The notes under the pieces were generated by a model that worked only from the letters and a program-made list of their open reading frames with translations, was not told the DNA's origin and ran no database searches. Below are positions 35,973 through 47,093 of a DNA stretch of 64,000 nucleotides, piece by piece. The translations under genes and the position numbers were made by a program. This DNA comes from a bacterium (GTDB lineage: Bacteria > Desulfobacterota > Binatia > HRBIN30 > CADEER01), in NCBI GenBank assembly GCA_031401035.1, contig JANNRA010000032.1:59472-123471 (forward strand). The letters run 5' to 3'. Every line of letters begins with the position of its first letter. The first letter of the stretch is position 1.

Positions 35973-37970
35973 CTAGTCGAACGCTTCCGTCAGCGTCATC
36001 GGTTTGAGCAGGCGGCGCGGTACGCCGTCGAGCAGCCGTGACGGCTTGGCGAGCACCAGCCCGATGCCGCGGTCGTACATGTTGATCGGGTAGGACAGGT
36101 AGAGGTGTCGCTTGGCGCGCGTCACCGCGACGTAGAGGAGACGGCGCTCCTCCTCCAACTCGTCGTCGCTGTGCATGCTGTAGGTGGACGGGAACTTGCC
36201 GTCCACCATCCAGATGACGAAGACCGTGTGCCACTCGAGTCCTTTTGCCGAGTGGATGGTCGAAAGCGTCAGCAGACCCTCGTCCTCGTCGGTCGCCAGC
36301 ACGTCGTTGACGCTGTCGTTCGGTGGTTCGAGCGCCATGTCCGCCAGCAGCGGCTGCAGCGTGCGGTAGCGCGCGGCGATACTGACGAAGTGCTCGAGAT
36401 CGCGCTGCCGCTTCGCGTGGTCGTCAGGATGGCGGCGCTTGAGCAGCGGCTCGTAGTAGCGCAGCACCGCGCCCAGCTGTTCGTCCGGTCGGCGGCCGGC
36501 GGCGCCGATGCGACGCAACAGACCGGCGAGGGCGCGCAGGTCGGTGGAATAGGCGCGGCCGGTGACCGATTCCAGGGCCGCAGGCACATCGGCGCTTCCG
36601 ACGAGACGGTCGGCGATGTCGTCGGCCGTGCGTGGCCCGATCCCTTCGAGCAGCAGGAGGAGGCGATGCCAGGAGATCGCGTCGCGCGGGTTCTCTATCA
36701 CCCGCAGGTGCGCCAACGCGTCCTTGACGTGTGCCGTTTCGATGAACCGGAAGCCGCCGCGCTTGACGAAGGGAAGATCGGCGCGCGCCAGCTCCAGCTC
36801 GAGGTCGAACGCATGGAAGCTGGACCGAAACAGGACCGCGATCTCCGGCAGCGGTACGCCCTCCTCGCGCAACTCGAGGATGCGCTGGCAGACGAACCGC
36901 GACTGAAAGTTCTCGTGTTCCGCGGCGATCAACAGGGGGGTCTGGCCGTCTCCCTGGCGCGTGAAGAGCACCTTGGTGTAGCGCTCGCGCGCCGCATCCA
37001 TGATGGCATTGGCGACGTCGAGGACCGGTTGCGTGCTGCGGTAATTCTCCTCCAGCGCGATGACTCGTGTGCCTGGAAACAGGCTGGGGAACTGCATGAT
37101 GTTCCGGAAGTCGGCGCCGCGGAACCCGTAGATGCTCTGTGCATCGTCGCCGACCGCCATCACATTGCCGTGCTCGGCGGCGAGCAGGCGGACGATGCCG
37201 GCCTGGAGGGGGTTGGTGTCCTGGTACTCGTCGACCATGAGATAGCGATGGCGTCGTGCCAGTTCTCGTCGGACGTCGGGGTGTGCTGCCAGCAGCTCGT
37301 GCAGCTTCACCAGCAGATCGTCGTAGTCGACCACCTGTCGCTCCGTCTTGTAGGCGCGGTAGGCCGCGTCCAGGGCGACCAGATCCTCTCCGTGCTCGGC
37401 GAGGTGGGCGTAGTGTTCGTCGAGCAGCACCGTCAACGTCCGATCGCGGTTGACCGACGCGCTGAACAGGTCGGCGATGGTCTGCTTGCGCGGGAAGCGC
37501 CGCTCCTTCTTGTCGAGTCCGAGTCGGGCGCGCAGCAGGCCGATGACATCCTCGCCGTCACTGCGGTCGAGGATGGTGAAGCCGCTCGACAGTCCGAGGA
37601 CGCCACCATGGCGGCGCAGCGTGAGGTTGGCGAAGGAGTGGAAGGTGCCTCCCCCGACCTGTTCGCAGCGCCCGTCGAGCAACCCGGCGGCGCGGCGCAG
37701 CATCTCGCTGGCTGCTTTGCGGGTGAAGGTGAGTAGCAACACGGCATGCGGATCGACGCCCTGCTCGACCAGTCGCGCCACCCGGAACACCAGGGTGCGC
37801 GTCTTGCCGCTCCCGGCGCCGGCGATGACCAGGACGGGCCCCTCAGTGGTCGTCACCGCGTTCAACTGCGGCGGGTTCAGGAGGGCGGCGTAGTCGAGGC
37901 GGAAACGGGCCTCGCGAGCGGGACGCCGCAGGACGTACGTGTTGGCGTCGGAGTCGGAAGGAGCGGTCAT
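35973..37970 (-). CDS. uvrD: UvrD/PcrA/Rep-family ATP-dependent DNA helicase
   Basis: Walker A AGAGSGKTRTLV, ...VDEYQDTNPLQ..., ...LEENYRSTQPVL..., and C-terminal ...HSAKGLEWHTVFV...VAVTRAK. Start is at MTAPSD. Confidence 0.85.
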   Translation of the reverse strand: MTAPSDSDANTYVLRRPAREARFRLDYAALLNPPQLNAVTTTEGPVLVIAGAGSGKTRTLVFRVARLVEQGVDPHAVLLLTFTRKAASEMLRRAAGLLDGRCEQVGGGTFHSFANLTLRRHGGVLGLSSGFTILDRSDGEDVIGLLRARLGLDKKERRFPRKQTIADLFSASVNRDRTLTVLLDEHYAHLAEHGEDLVALDAAYRAYKTERQVVDYDDLLVKLHELLAAHPDVRRELARRHRYLMVDEYQDTNPLQAGIVRLLAAEHGNVMAVGDDAQSIYGFRGADFRNIMQFPSLFPGTRVIALEENYRSTQPVLDVANAIMDAARERYTKVLFTRQGDGQTPLLIAAEHENFQSRFVCQRILELREEGVPLPEIAVLFRSSFHAFDLELELARADLPFVKRGGFRFIETAHVKDALAHLRVIENPRDAISWHRLLLLLEGIGPRTADDIADRLVGSADVPAALESVTGRAYSTDLRALAGLLRRIGAAGRRPDEQLGAVLRYYEPLLKRRHPDDHAKRQRDLEHFVSIAARYRTLQPLLADMALEPPNDSVNDVLATDEDEGLLTLSTIHSAKGLEWHTVFVIWMVDGKFPSTYSMHSDDELEEERRLLYVAVTRAKRHLYLSYPINMYDRGIGLVLAKPSRLLDGVPRRLLKPMTLTEAFD

Positions 37971-38038
37971 GCCAGACGCGTGGCGCAGTGCGGCGCGACG
38001 CGCTACGAAGTGTACCAGCAGCACCCGGGCGGGATCCA

Positions 38039-38284
38039 ATGGCAGACGAAGAAACGTCGAATGTTGGCACAGCGATACTCGATCTCCGCGGTGTGCCCTG
38101 CCCACTGAGTTGGGCGCGAGCGAAGGTACGCTTGGAGGAGCTCCGGCGTGGCGCGGCGCTGGTGCTGCTGCTCGACGACGGCCGCGGCCTGCGCGATATC
38201 CCACGCGCAGCTGAGGCACATGGCTACGCGGTCGAGCCTGCGGCGCCCGTTACCGGACACTGGCGCCTGCGCATCCTCGTCTGA
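38039..38284 (+). CDS. TusA-like sulfurtransferase (SirA/YedF/YeeD family)
   Basis: LDLRGVPCPLSWARAKVRLEEL has the conserved CPxP motif; about 81 aa. Confidence 0.6.
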   Translation: MADEETSNVGTAILDLRGVPCPLSWARAKVRLEELRRGAALVLLLDDGRGLRDIPRAAEAHGYAVEPAAPVTGHWRLRILV

Positions 38285-38501
38285 AGCGCTGCGCCCTGGG
38301 CCTGTCGGGCAGGCTCAGACGGGAACCGACACCAAGAGGGCCATCAAGCCGCTCAGGATCGCGACAACCGGCCACCAGGGCGGCAACGTCTCGTGCATAT
38401 GCCGGAACGGAGCACGATTCGAACCGTCCATGGGGCCGAGATCAGCACTGCATCGGGTGGTCGCTTCTGAGCCAGGAGGCGGCGAGCGGGTGACGAAGCG
38501 G

Positions 38502-39002
38502 CTACTCTCCGGCGGGCATCAGGTGCACGTTCTTGATGTCCTTCACCTTGGCGAGCATTTCGGACACCGATATGCCGAGCGCAGGATGGATCAGCTGCGG
38601 CGCCAGTTCGCTCAGGGGCAGCAGGACGAAGCGGCGCTCCGAGAGACGCGGGTGGGGCACCTTGAAGGTGCGTTTGTCGACGATCTCCATGTCGAAAAGG
38701 AGCACGTCGAGATCCATCACTCGGGAACCCCACTTCTTTCCCTTCAGGCGCTTACGCCCCATTTCCTCCTCAATGCCATGAAGCTTCTTGAGGAGTTCTG
38801 TGGCGCCGAGTTCGGTTTCAATCTCAAGGACGCTGTTGGCGAACCAGGTCTTCGCGTCGCCATGCGGTTCGCTCTCGTACAGAGACGATTCCTTCATGAC
38901 GCGGGTTTTCGGCAACTCGCCGATGCGGCGCTTCGCCTCACGGCAGTTGCTGCGCCGCTCGCCCAAGTTGGATCCGACTCCGATGAACACTCGGTGGGGC
39001 AT
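38502..39002 (-). CDS. folK: 2-amino-4-hydroxy-6-hydroxymethyldihydropteridine diphosphokinase (HPPK)
   Basis: MPHRVFIGVGSNLGERRSNCREAKRRIGELPKT...RVMDLDVLLF matches the HPPK family; 166 aa. Confidence 0.85.
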   Translation of the reverse strand: MPHRVFIGVGSNLGERRSNCREAKRRIGELPKTRVMKESSLYESEPHGDAKTWFANSVLEIETELGATELLKKLHGIEEEMGRKRLKGKKWGSRVMDLDVLLFDMEIVDKRTFKVPHPRLSERRFVLLPLSELAPQLIHPALGISVSEMLAKVKDIKNVHLMPAGE

Positions 39003-39079
39003 ACCATCCAGCCTCCCCGCCACACATCCACAACCGGCCCTGCCGCCGCGTGTCGCGGGACGCGGCTAAGTCGCCGCAC

Positions 39080-39108
39080 TTTTACTGCTATACGCCAGAG
39101 TATGCAAC
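39080..39108 (-). promoter_or_regulatory. Candidate promoter for folK in the comparatively AT-rich folK/dapL divergent spacer
   Basis: On the minus strand: TTGCAT, then a 17-nt spacer, then TAAAAG, about 75 nt upstream of the folK start. This is the only AT-rich stretch in the 176-bp spacer. Confidence 0.25.
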
Positions 39109-39199
39109 TGACTCGCGGAGTTGCAGGGGGCGAGCTTGAGGCAGCGGCGGCCGGGTGCTAACTCGTGCGAGCTTTAGATCTGGATACCGAGGAGACGCG

Positions 39200-40369
39200 A
39201 TGAAGTCGGCAGACCGCCTGAAGAAGATCCCGCCATATCTGTTCATGGAGCTGCGTCAGAAGATCGGGCGGGCCAAGGCGGAGGGCAGGGACGTCATCAG
39301 CTTGGCCATTGGCGATCCCGTCGAGCCGACTCCCGAGCCGGTCATCGAGGAGCTGGCGAGGGCGGCGCGGGACCCTGCCAATCATCAGTATCCGACTGAT
39401 GAAGAGAAGGGCATGTTCGGCTTTCGCGAGGCTGTGGCGCGCTGGTACCAGCGCCGTTACGGCGTCACGGTCGACCCCCAAACGGAGGTGCTCGGCCTGA
39501 TCGGTTCCAAGGAGGGCTGCCACCACTTTGCGCTGGCGCGCGTCAATCCGGGCGACGTCGTGTTGATGACCGACCCGGGGTACCCGGCGTACCGCTCGAG
39601 CATCCTGATCGCCGGCGGCGAGCCGGTGAACGTGCCGATTCGCGCCGAGCAGGGCTATCTGCCGGTGCTGCGCGACGTTCCCGTCGAGACGGCGCGGCGG
39701 GCGACCGCGATGTTTCTCAACTACCCCAACAACCCGACCGGAGCGGTGGCGACGCCGGCATTCCTTAAGGAACTGGTCGAGTTCGCCCGTACCTACGACA
39801 TTGCCATCTGCTACGACAATCCGTACATCGAGATCGTCTTCGACGGCGAGCGGCCGCTCAGCTTCCTCTCCGTCCCCGGTGCCAGGGATGTCGGCGTTGA
39901 GCTGAACTCCCTGTCGAAGCCGTTCAACATGACCGGTTGGCGCCTCGGCATGGCGCTGGGAAACCCAGATCTGATCGCCGCGATCTCGAAGGTGAAGGAG
40001 AACACCGATTCGGGGGTGTTCAACGCCGTCCAATACGCGGGCATCGCCGCCTTCGGCCGCTGCGAGGACACGGTTCCGCACATGCTGCAGGTGTACAAGC
40101 GTCGCCGCGACCTGGTGGTGGCGACGCTGCGTCAGGTCGGCATCGACTACACGCCGGCTCGCGGCACCTTCTATATGTGGGTACCGACGCCGAAAGGTGC
40201 GTCGAGTCTCGAGTTCGCCGACCGGCTGCTCGAGCAGGCAAACGTCGTAGTGGCGCCCGGGCGCGGCTACGGCGAGTTCGGCGAGGGATACTTCCGCATG
40301 TCGCTGACCGTCTCCGATGCCCGCCTCGAACAGGCCATGGAGCGCATGCGCGGCGCGTTGGAGGGCTGA
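39200..40369 (+). CDS. dapL: LL-diaminopimelate aminotransferase (DapL-type)
   Basis: MKSADRLKKIPPYLFMEL..., ...NYPNNPTG..., and the SLSKPFNMTGWRLG PLP-lysine motif. GGAG lies 8 nt upstream of the ATG. Confidence 0.8.
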   Translation: MKSADRLKKIPPYLFMELRQKIGRAKAEGRDVISLAIGDPVEPTPEPVIEELARAARDPANHQYPTDEEKGMFGFREAVARWYQRRYGVTVDPQTEVLGLIGSKEGCHHFALARVNPGDVVLMTDPGYPAYRSSILIAGGEPVNVPIRAEQGYLPVLRDVPVETARRATAMFLNYPNNPTGAVATPAFLKELVEFARTYDIAICYDNPYIEIVFDGERPLSFLSVPGARDVGVELNSLSKPFNMTGWRLGMALGNPDLIAAISKVKENTDSGVFNAVQYAGIAAFGRCEDTVPHMLQVYKRRRDLVVATLRQVGIDYTPARGTFYMWVPTPKGASSLEFADRLLEQANVVVAPGRGYGEFGEGYFRMSLTVSDARLEQAMERMRGALEG

Positions 40370-40418
40370 CCTTCGTCGCGGGCGCGTCTGTGCCGCGCCC
40401 GCCGATGCGCAGCCGCGG

Positions 40419-41228
40419 TCAGAGCCCGAGGACGTCTCGCATTGCGTAGCGGCCGGGCGCTTGCCCGGCCAGCCACAGGCCGGCGCGCACAGCGCCGCGT
40501 GCCAGGCAGTCGCGACTGTGGGCGCGATGGGTCAGCTCCACCCGCTCCCCCATCCCGGCAAACACCACGGTATGGTCGCCGACGACGTCGCCACCGCGCA
40601 GCGCAATGATGCCGATTTCTTCGTCGCGGCGGGCCCCGACGATGCCTGTACGCGCCAGACGCTTGCTGGCGTCGAAGTCGCGCTGCAGCCCGGTCGCCGC
40701 CGCTTGGCCCAGTGCCAGAGCCGTGCCGCTGGGGGAATCGACCTTGAGACGGTGATGTATCTCGACGATCTCGGGGTCGAAGCCGGGGCCGAGGACGCGG
40801 GCCGCCTGTTCGACCAGCATCAGCAGCACGTTGACACCGACGCTCATGTTGGCGGCGATGACACAGCGCGTACGCGGCGCGAGCGCGTCGAGTTCGAGGC
40901 TCTCGGCGGCCGAGAAGCCAGTCGTCCCGATGACGATACCGGCGGCGCCGGCGGCCGCGACGCGCAAATGCGCGACCGCCGCCGGGGCGGCGGTGAAGTC
41001 GAGCGTCACGGTTCCGGCGACTGCCGCGGCGGCGTAGTCGTCGCTGACACGTATGCCGAGGGCGGGAACGCCGGCGAGGCTACCGGCGTCCTGTCCGATC
41101 GTCGCGTGGCCGGGTGCCTCGATGGCGGCATGCAGGCGCGCGCCGGATTCCGCGGCAACCAGGCCGATGATGGTCCGCCCCATGCGACCGGCGGCGCCGC
41201 AGACGATGAGGGGAACTGGAGCGGTCAT
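40419..41228 (-). CDS. dapB: 4-hydroxy-tetrahydrodipicolinate reductase
   Basis: MTAPVPLIVCGAAGRMGR (NAD(P)-binding) ... EIVEIHHRLKVDSPSGTA; 269 aa. Confidence 0.9.
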   Translation of the reverse strand: MTAPVPLIVCGAAGRMGRTIIGLVAAESGARLHAAIEAPGHATIGQDAGSLAGVPALGIRVSDDYAAAAVAGTVTLDFTAAPAAVAHLRVAAAGAAGIVIGTTGFSAAESLELDALAPRTRCVIAANMSVGVNVLLMLVEQAARVLGPGFDPEIVEIHHRLKVDSPSGTALALGQAAATGLQRDFDASKRLARTGIVGARRDEEIGIIALRGGDVVGDHTVVFAGMGERVELTHRAHSRDCLARGAVRAGLWLAGQAPGRYAMRDVLGL

Positions 41229-42109
41229 CGCAACAGGCCGATCTCCTGCAGGGCGGAACGCAGGTGGGCGCGCGGCGCCTCGCTCATCGACAGGAGCGGC
41301 AGGCGAAGCTCGTCGCTGCAGAAGCCGAGCATGGCCATGGCGGCCTTGATGGGGATCGGGTTGGTTTCGAGGAAGAGGGCGCGCATCAAGGGGAGCAACG
41401 CGTAGTGACGGCGACGGGCCTCGGCCCAGTCGCCGCGCTGCGCCGCGTCCACCGCCGCCGCCCAGGCCTGTGGCGCGCAATTGCCGATCACCGAGATGAC
41501 GCCGACGCCGCCCACGGCGAGCACGGGCAGCGTCAGCGCATCGTCGCCAGCATAGACCGGCAGCGAGTCGCCGCAACAGCGGATGACTTCCATGCACTCG
41601 TCGATCGACCCGGTCGCTTCCTTCAGTCCGACGACGTGCTCCAACTCGGCCAGCCGGACGAGCGTCGTCACCTCGATCTTCGAGCCGGTGCGCCCTGGGA
41701 TATTGTAGACGATGAGCGGGAACGCCGTCGCGTCGGCGATGGCGCGATAGTGGCGGTAGATCCCCTCCTGCGTCGGCTTGTTGTAGTAGGGCGAAATCAG
41801 GAGGGCGGCGTCGGCGCCCGCCGCTTTGGCCGCCTGGGTGAGACGGATGGCCTCCGTGGTCGAGTTGGAGCCCGTGCCGGCAACCACCGGGACGCGCCCG
41901 TGGGCGCGGCCGACGACCAGCTTGATGACCTCGACGTGCTCGGCATGCGAGAGCGTCGCCGACTCGCCCGTGCTGCCGCACGGCACCAGGCCCTGCACGC
42001 CGTGCGCGATCTGGTCGTCGACAATGCGTTCAAGCGCGGCGGTGTCGATCGCCCCGTCACGGAACGGCGTGATCAGCGCGGTCAGGGTGCCCGGGAACGT
42101 TGGCTTCAT
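41225..42109 (-). CDS. dapA: 4-hydroxy-tetrahydrodipicolinate synthase
   Basis: ...LITPFRDGAID..., GLVPCGSTGESATLS, and the active-site Lys in ...VVGLKEATG. A 4-nt overlap with the dapB start. Confidence 0.9.
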   Translation of the reverse strand: MKPTFPGTLTALITPFRDGAIDTAALERIVDDQIAHGVQGLVPCGSTGESATLSHAEHVEVIKLVVGRAHGRVPVVAGTGSNSTTEAIRLTQAAKAAGADAALLISPYYNKPTQEGIYRHYRAIADATAFPLIVYNIPGRTGSKIEVTTLVRLAELEHVVGLKEATGSIDECMEVIRCCGDSLPVYAGDDALTLPVLAVGGVGVISVIGNCAPQAWAAAVDAAQRGDWAEARRRHYALLPLMRALFLETNPIPIKAAMAMLGFCSDELRLPLLSMSEAPRAHLRSALQEIGLLR

Positions 42110-42951
42110 GCGTCGACCTCGATCTCGCCGCGGAACACCTCTTCCGCGGCACCGCTCATTACGACGTGGCCGTCCGATTCGCGCCACTCGATGGCCAGAT
42201 CGCCGCCGTTCAGACGCACGGTCGCGCGACGCGCAGCGCGGCCGGTGAGCACGGCGGCGACGAGGGCGGCGCAGGCGCCGGTGCCGCATGCCGCGGTCTC
42301 GCCAGACCCGCGCTCCCAGACGCGCATGCGCAGAAGGGTCGGCGTCTCAACGTGGACGAACTCGGTGTTGACGCGGGCCGGAAAGAAGCGGTGCTGCTCG
42401 AAAGGCGGACCGAGGCGCGCGAGATCGAGGGCCTCGACATCTGCCGTGAAGACGATGCAATGCGGGTTGCCCATCGACACGCAGGTGACTTGCCAGGCAA
42501 CCCCGTCGACTTCGAGTGGTGAATCGATGACGCGCCCGACAGCCGCGACCGGGATCGCCGGCCCGTCGAGAATAGGTTCACCCATATCCACCGTGACCTC
42601 GGACACCTCGGAACCGCATACGGTAAGGTGCAGAACCTTGATCCCGGAATCGGTCTCGACATGCATCGGGTTGGCGCGCGCGAGATGGTGCTCGAAGGCG
42701 TACTTGCCGACGCAGCGGATGCCGTTCCCGCACATGGCGCCGCGACTCCCATCGGCGTTGTACATCTCCATCCGGCAGTCGGCCAGCTCCGACGGACGGA
42801 TGAGGATCAGACCGTCCGAGCCGATGCCGGTGCGGCGCGGGCTGACGCGGCGTGCCAGCGCCGCGGGGTCGGCGATGCGATGCGCGAAGGCGTCGACGTA
42901 GACGTAGTCATTGCCGATGCCGTGCATCTTCACGAAGGGCAGGAGGGCCAT
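42106..42951 (-). CDS. dapF: Diaminopimelate epimerase
   Basis: FVKMHGIGNDYVYVD and the two catalytic Cys motifs (...MCGNGIRC... and ...ACGTGACA...). A 4-nt overlap with the dapA start. Confidence 0.9.
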   Translation of the reverse strand: MALLPFVKMHGIGNDYVYVDAFAHRIADPAALARRVSPRRTGIGSDGLILIRPSELADCRMEMYNADGSRGAMCGNGIRCVGKYAFEHHLARANPMHVETDSGIKVLHLTVCGSEVSEVTVDMGEPILDGPAIPVAAVGRVIDSPLEVDGVAWQVTCVSMGNPHCIVFTADVEALDLARLGPPFEQHRFFPARVNTEFVHVETPTLLRMRVWERGSGETAACGTGACAALVAAVLTGRAARRATVRLNGGDLAIEWRESDGHVVMSGAAEEVFRGEIEVDA

Positions 42952-43001
42952 CGGTCGTCGGGAGGTAGCACGCAGAGGGTGGAATCGAAAGCTGCGGCGA
43001 T

Positions 43002-43496
43002 TCACCGATCGTCGATGGACGGCGTGCTGTCGCTTACGCCGACCGGCGTAGGCGGCGGGTCGCCGCGAACGATGTCGACGACGTTGGAGGGGTGGCTGAC
43101 GTAGCCGTCGACGGTCACTGCCAGCACCCGGTATCGGTACGATTCGCCCAGACGCAGTCCCTCATCGAGATAGCTAAAGCGCTTTTGCTGACGCAGGCGA
43201 TCGCGGTCCCCGACCGTGACGCGGCTGACAAAGGCGAAGGGCTCGCCGGGCAGCGCGCGCTCGATCACGAAGCTGTCGAGATCCAACAGCGCATTGCCAT
43301 CGGCGCTGGTGCTCGGCCGCCGCCAGCTGAGCGCGACGCCGCGTGCGGCGTTCTCCGCCTCGAGATCCCGGATGACGGCCGGTGCGACCAACTCGGGCGG
43401 GCGCACGTCGGTCTTGCGACCGCATGCGGGCAGGGCCCCCGACAGCACCAGCAGCACGACACCGGCGCAGCAGTGATGCGCGACGGCGCGGGACAT
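43002..43496 (-). CDS. Hypothetical lipoprotein
   Basis: Signal peptide plus Cys (…LSGALPACGRK). It sits between argH and dapF in the same orientation, and its start shares 1 nt with the argH stop (TGATG). Confidence 0.5.
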   Translation of the reverse strand: MSRAVAHHCCAGVVLLVLSGALPACGRKTDVRPPELVAPAVIRDLEAENAARGVALSWRRPSTSADGNALLDLDSFVIERALPGEPFAFVSRVTVGDRDRLRQQKRFSYLDEGLRLGESYRYRVLAVTVDGYVSHPSNVVDIVRGDPPPTPVGVSDSTPSIDDR

Positions 43497-44898
43497 CAGA
43501 CGCCGAGCGCGGCGAGGCGCCGCGCGACGTTGGCTGGGGCGGTCCCGCCGGGTGCCTTGCGGCGCCGCACCGCGGCTTCGTGGGTCAGCCAGCGGCGCAC
43601 GTCGCGTTGGAAAAGTGGCGAGAAGCGGCGCAACTCGGCCAAGCTGAGGTCCTCGAGCAGCCGGCCCTCGACGAGCGCGGACTGCACCACCGCGCCGACG
43701 ACGCCGTGCGCTTCGCGAAACGGGAGGCCCTTCGCGGCGAGATAGTCCGCCAGCTCGGTGGCCAGGGTATAGCCGCTGGCGGCCGCCGCGCGCAGGCGGT
43801 CGGGACGGACCAGGAGGCGGGGCACCATGGCGCTGAGAACCTCGAGTGAAGCCGCGACGGTGTCAACGCTGTCGAACAGGGGCGGCTTGTCCTCCTGGAG
43901 ATCGCGATTGTAGGCCAGCGGCAGGCCCTTCAGCATGGCCAACAGGTTCATCAAGTTGCCGTACAGGCGCCCGGTGCGGCCGCGGATCAGCTCGGCGACG
44001 TCGGGATTCTTTTTCTGCGGCATCATCGAGCTGCCGGTGGCGAACGCGTCCGGCAGCTCGACGAACCCGAACTGCTGGGAACTCCACAGGACGATTTCTT
44101 CGCCGAATCGGCTCAGGTGCATGCCGATGATCGCCAGCGCCGCGAGCAGCTCCGCGGCGAAGTCGCGGTCGCTGACGGCATCGAGGCTGTTCTCGCTTAC
44201 CGTCGGGAACGCGAGCTGGCGGGCGACGAAGGCACGGTCGATCGGAAAGGTGGTGCCGGCGAGGGCGCCGGAGCCGAGCGGCAGCACGTTGACGCGCACC
44301 AGGCAGTCGGCGAGCCGACCGTCGTCGCGGTTGAGCATCTCGACGTAGGCGAGGAGGTGATGCGCGAAGAGGATGGGCTGCGCCGGTTGCAGGTGCGTGA
44401 AACCCGGCATGATGACGGTGTCGTGCTTGCGCGCCAGGCGGCCGAGGGCCTGCCGCAGCTGGCCGATACGGCGGCGCAGCGCCGCAATGGCGTCGCGGGC
44501 GTAGAGGCGCAGGTCGAGTGCCACCTGGTCGTTGCGGCTGCGCGCCGTGTGCAGCTTCCCGCCGACGGGTCCGATGAGCTCAATCAGTCGGCGCTCGACC
44601 GCCATGTGAATGTCCTCGTCCTGGGGGCGGACGCGGAAGACGCCGGCCGCGAGCTCGCGGCGCACCCGGCCGAGGCCGGCGACGATGCGCGACGCGTCCC
44701 GCGTCGGGATGATGCGCTGCTTGGCCAGCATCCGGCAGTGCGCGATGCTGCCGGCGATGTCGTAAGGGTAGAGCCGCACATCGACCGGGTATGAGGTGGT
44801 GAACGCCTCGACGAGCGGATCTGTGGCCTCGGCCATGCGGCCCGACCAGGCCTTCACGGCGCGCGGACGCGTGCGGCGCGCCGCCGACGGCAGGGTCT

Positions 44899-44902
<4 letters not shown>
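43496..44902 (-). CDS. argH: Argininosuccinate lyase
   Basis: ...AWSGRMAEA... (WGGRF-like), ...[12 protein letters not shown]... fumarate-lyase signature; 468 aa. Confidence 0.9.
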
Positions 44903-46110
<1,208 letters not shown>

Positions 46111-46169
46111 AAACCCTCGGCGGACGAGGCGTGACCGGGGTGCGGCCACGCAGTGGGGGCTCGCGGCGG

Positions 46170-47093
46170 TTACTGGCGGGCCATCTGATTGTGCAGCCAC
46201 ACCAGCACGCCCTTCTGCAGGTGCAGGCGGTTCTCGGCCTGGTCGAAGACGACCGACTGCGGGCCGTCGATGACGTCGCTGGTGATCTCCTCGCCGCGGT
46301 GGGCGGGCAGACAGTGCATGACCACCGCGTCGGGTCGGGCCAGACGCAGCACCGCCGCGTTGACCTGGTAGTCGGCGAAGTCCTGCTGGCGGCGGGCCGA
46401 CTCGGCCTCCTGGCCCATGCTGGTCCAGGTGTCGGTGTACAGGACGTCGGCGCCCACGGCCGCCTCGGCAACCGCACGGGTCAGTACGATCTTGGCGCCG
46501 GCGGCGCGCGCCGTGGCGACGACCGCGGCGTCGGGTTCGTACCCCGCCGGGCAGGCGACGGCGACGGTGAAGCCGAAGCGGCCTGCGGCAGCGATCCACG
46601 AGTTGGCCACGTTGTTGCCGTCGCCGATCCAGGCGATGCGCAGGTCGTCGAGGCGCGCGCCCCGTTCGACCAGGGTGAAGCAGTCGGTCAGCACCTGGCA
46701 CGGGTGGCGCAGGTCGGAGAGACCGTTGATGACGGGCACGCGCGCGTGCGCGGCGAGCTCTTCGATCGTGCCGTGCAGGAAGGTGCGCGCCATGATCACG
46801 TCGACCCAGCGGTCGAGGTTGCGTGCGATGTCCGCCACCGATTCGCGCTCGCCCAGCCGGATGTCGGCCGGGGTGAGGTACACCGCATAGCCGCCGAGCT
46901 GCGTCATGCCGACCTCGAAGGTGACGCGCGTACGCAGGCTCGGCTTCTCGAAGATCATCGCCAGCGTCTTGCCGGCCAGCAGCGGTTCGCGTCGGCCCGC
47001 CTTGAGGTCGCGCTTGATGGTCGCTGCGAGGACCAGGATCTCCTCCAGCTCGGCACGGCTGAGGCCATCGAGGGTGAGGAAGTCGCGTTTCAT
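46170..47093 (-). CDS. argF: Ornithine carbamoyltransferase
   Basis: ...FEKPSLRTR... (STRT-like), ...HPCQVLTD..., and ...[10 protein letters not shown]; 307 aa. Confidence 0.9.
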   Translation of the reverse strand: MKRDFLTLDGLSRAELEEILVLAATIKRDLKAGRREPLLAGKTLAMIFEKPSLRTRVTFEVGMTQLGGYAVYLTPADIRLGERESVADIARNLDRWVDVIMARTFLHGTIEELAAHARVPVINGLSDLRHPCQVLTDCFTLVERGARLDDLRIAWIGDGNNVANSWIAAAGRFGFTVAVACPAGYEPDAAVVATARAAGAKIVLTRAVAEAAVGADVLYTDTWTSMGQEAESARRQQDFADYQVNAAVLRLARPDAVVMHCLPAHRGEEITSDVIDGPQSVVFDQAENRLHLQKGVLVWLHNQMARQ

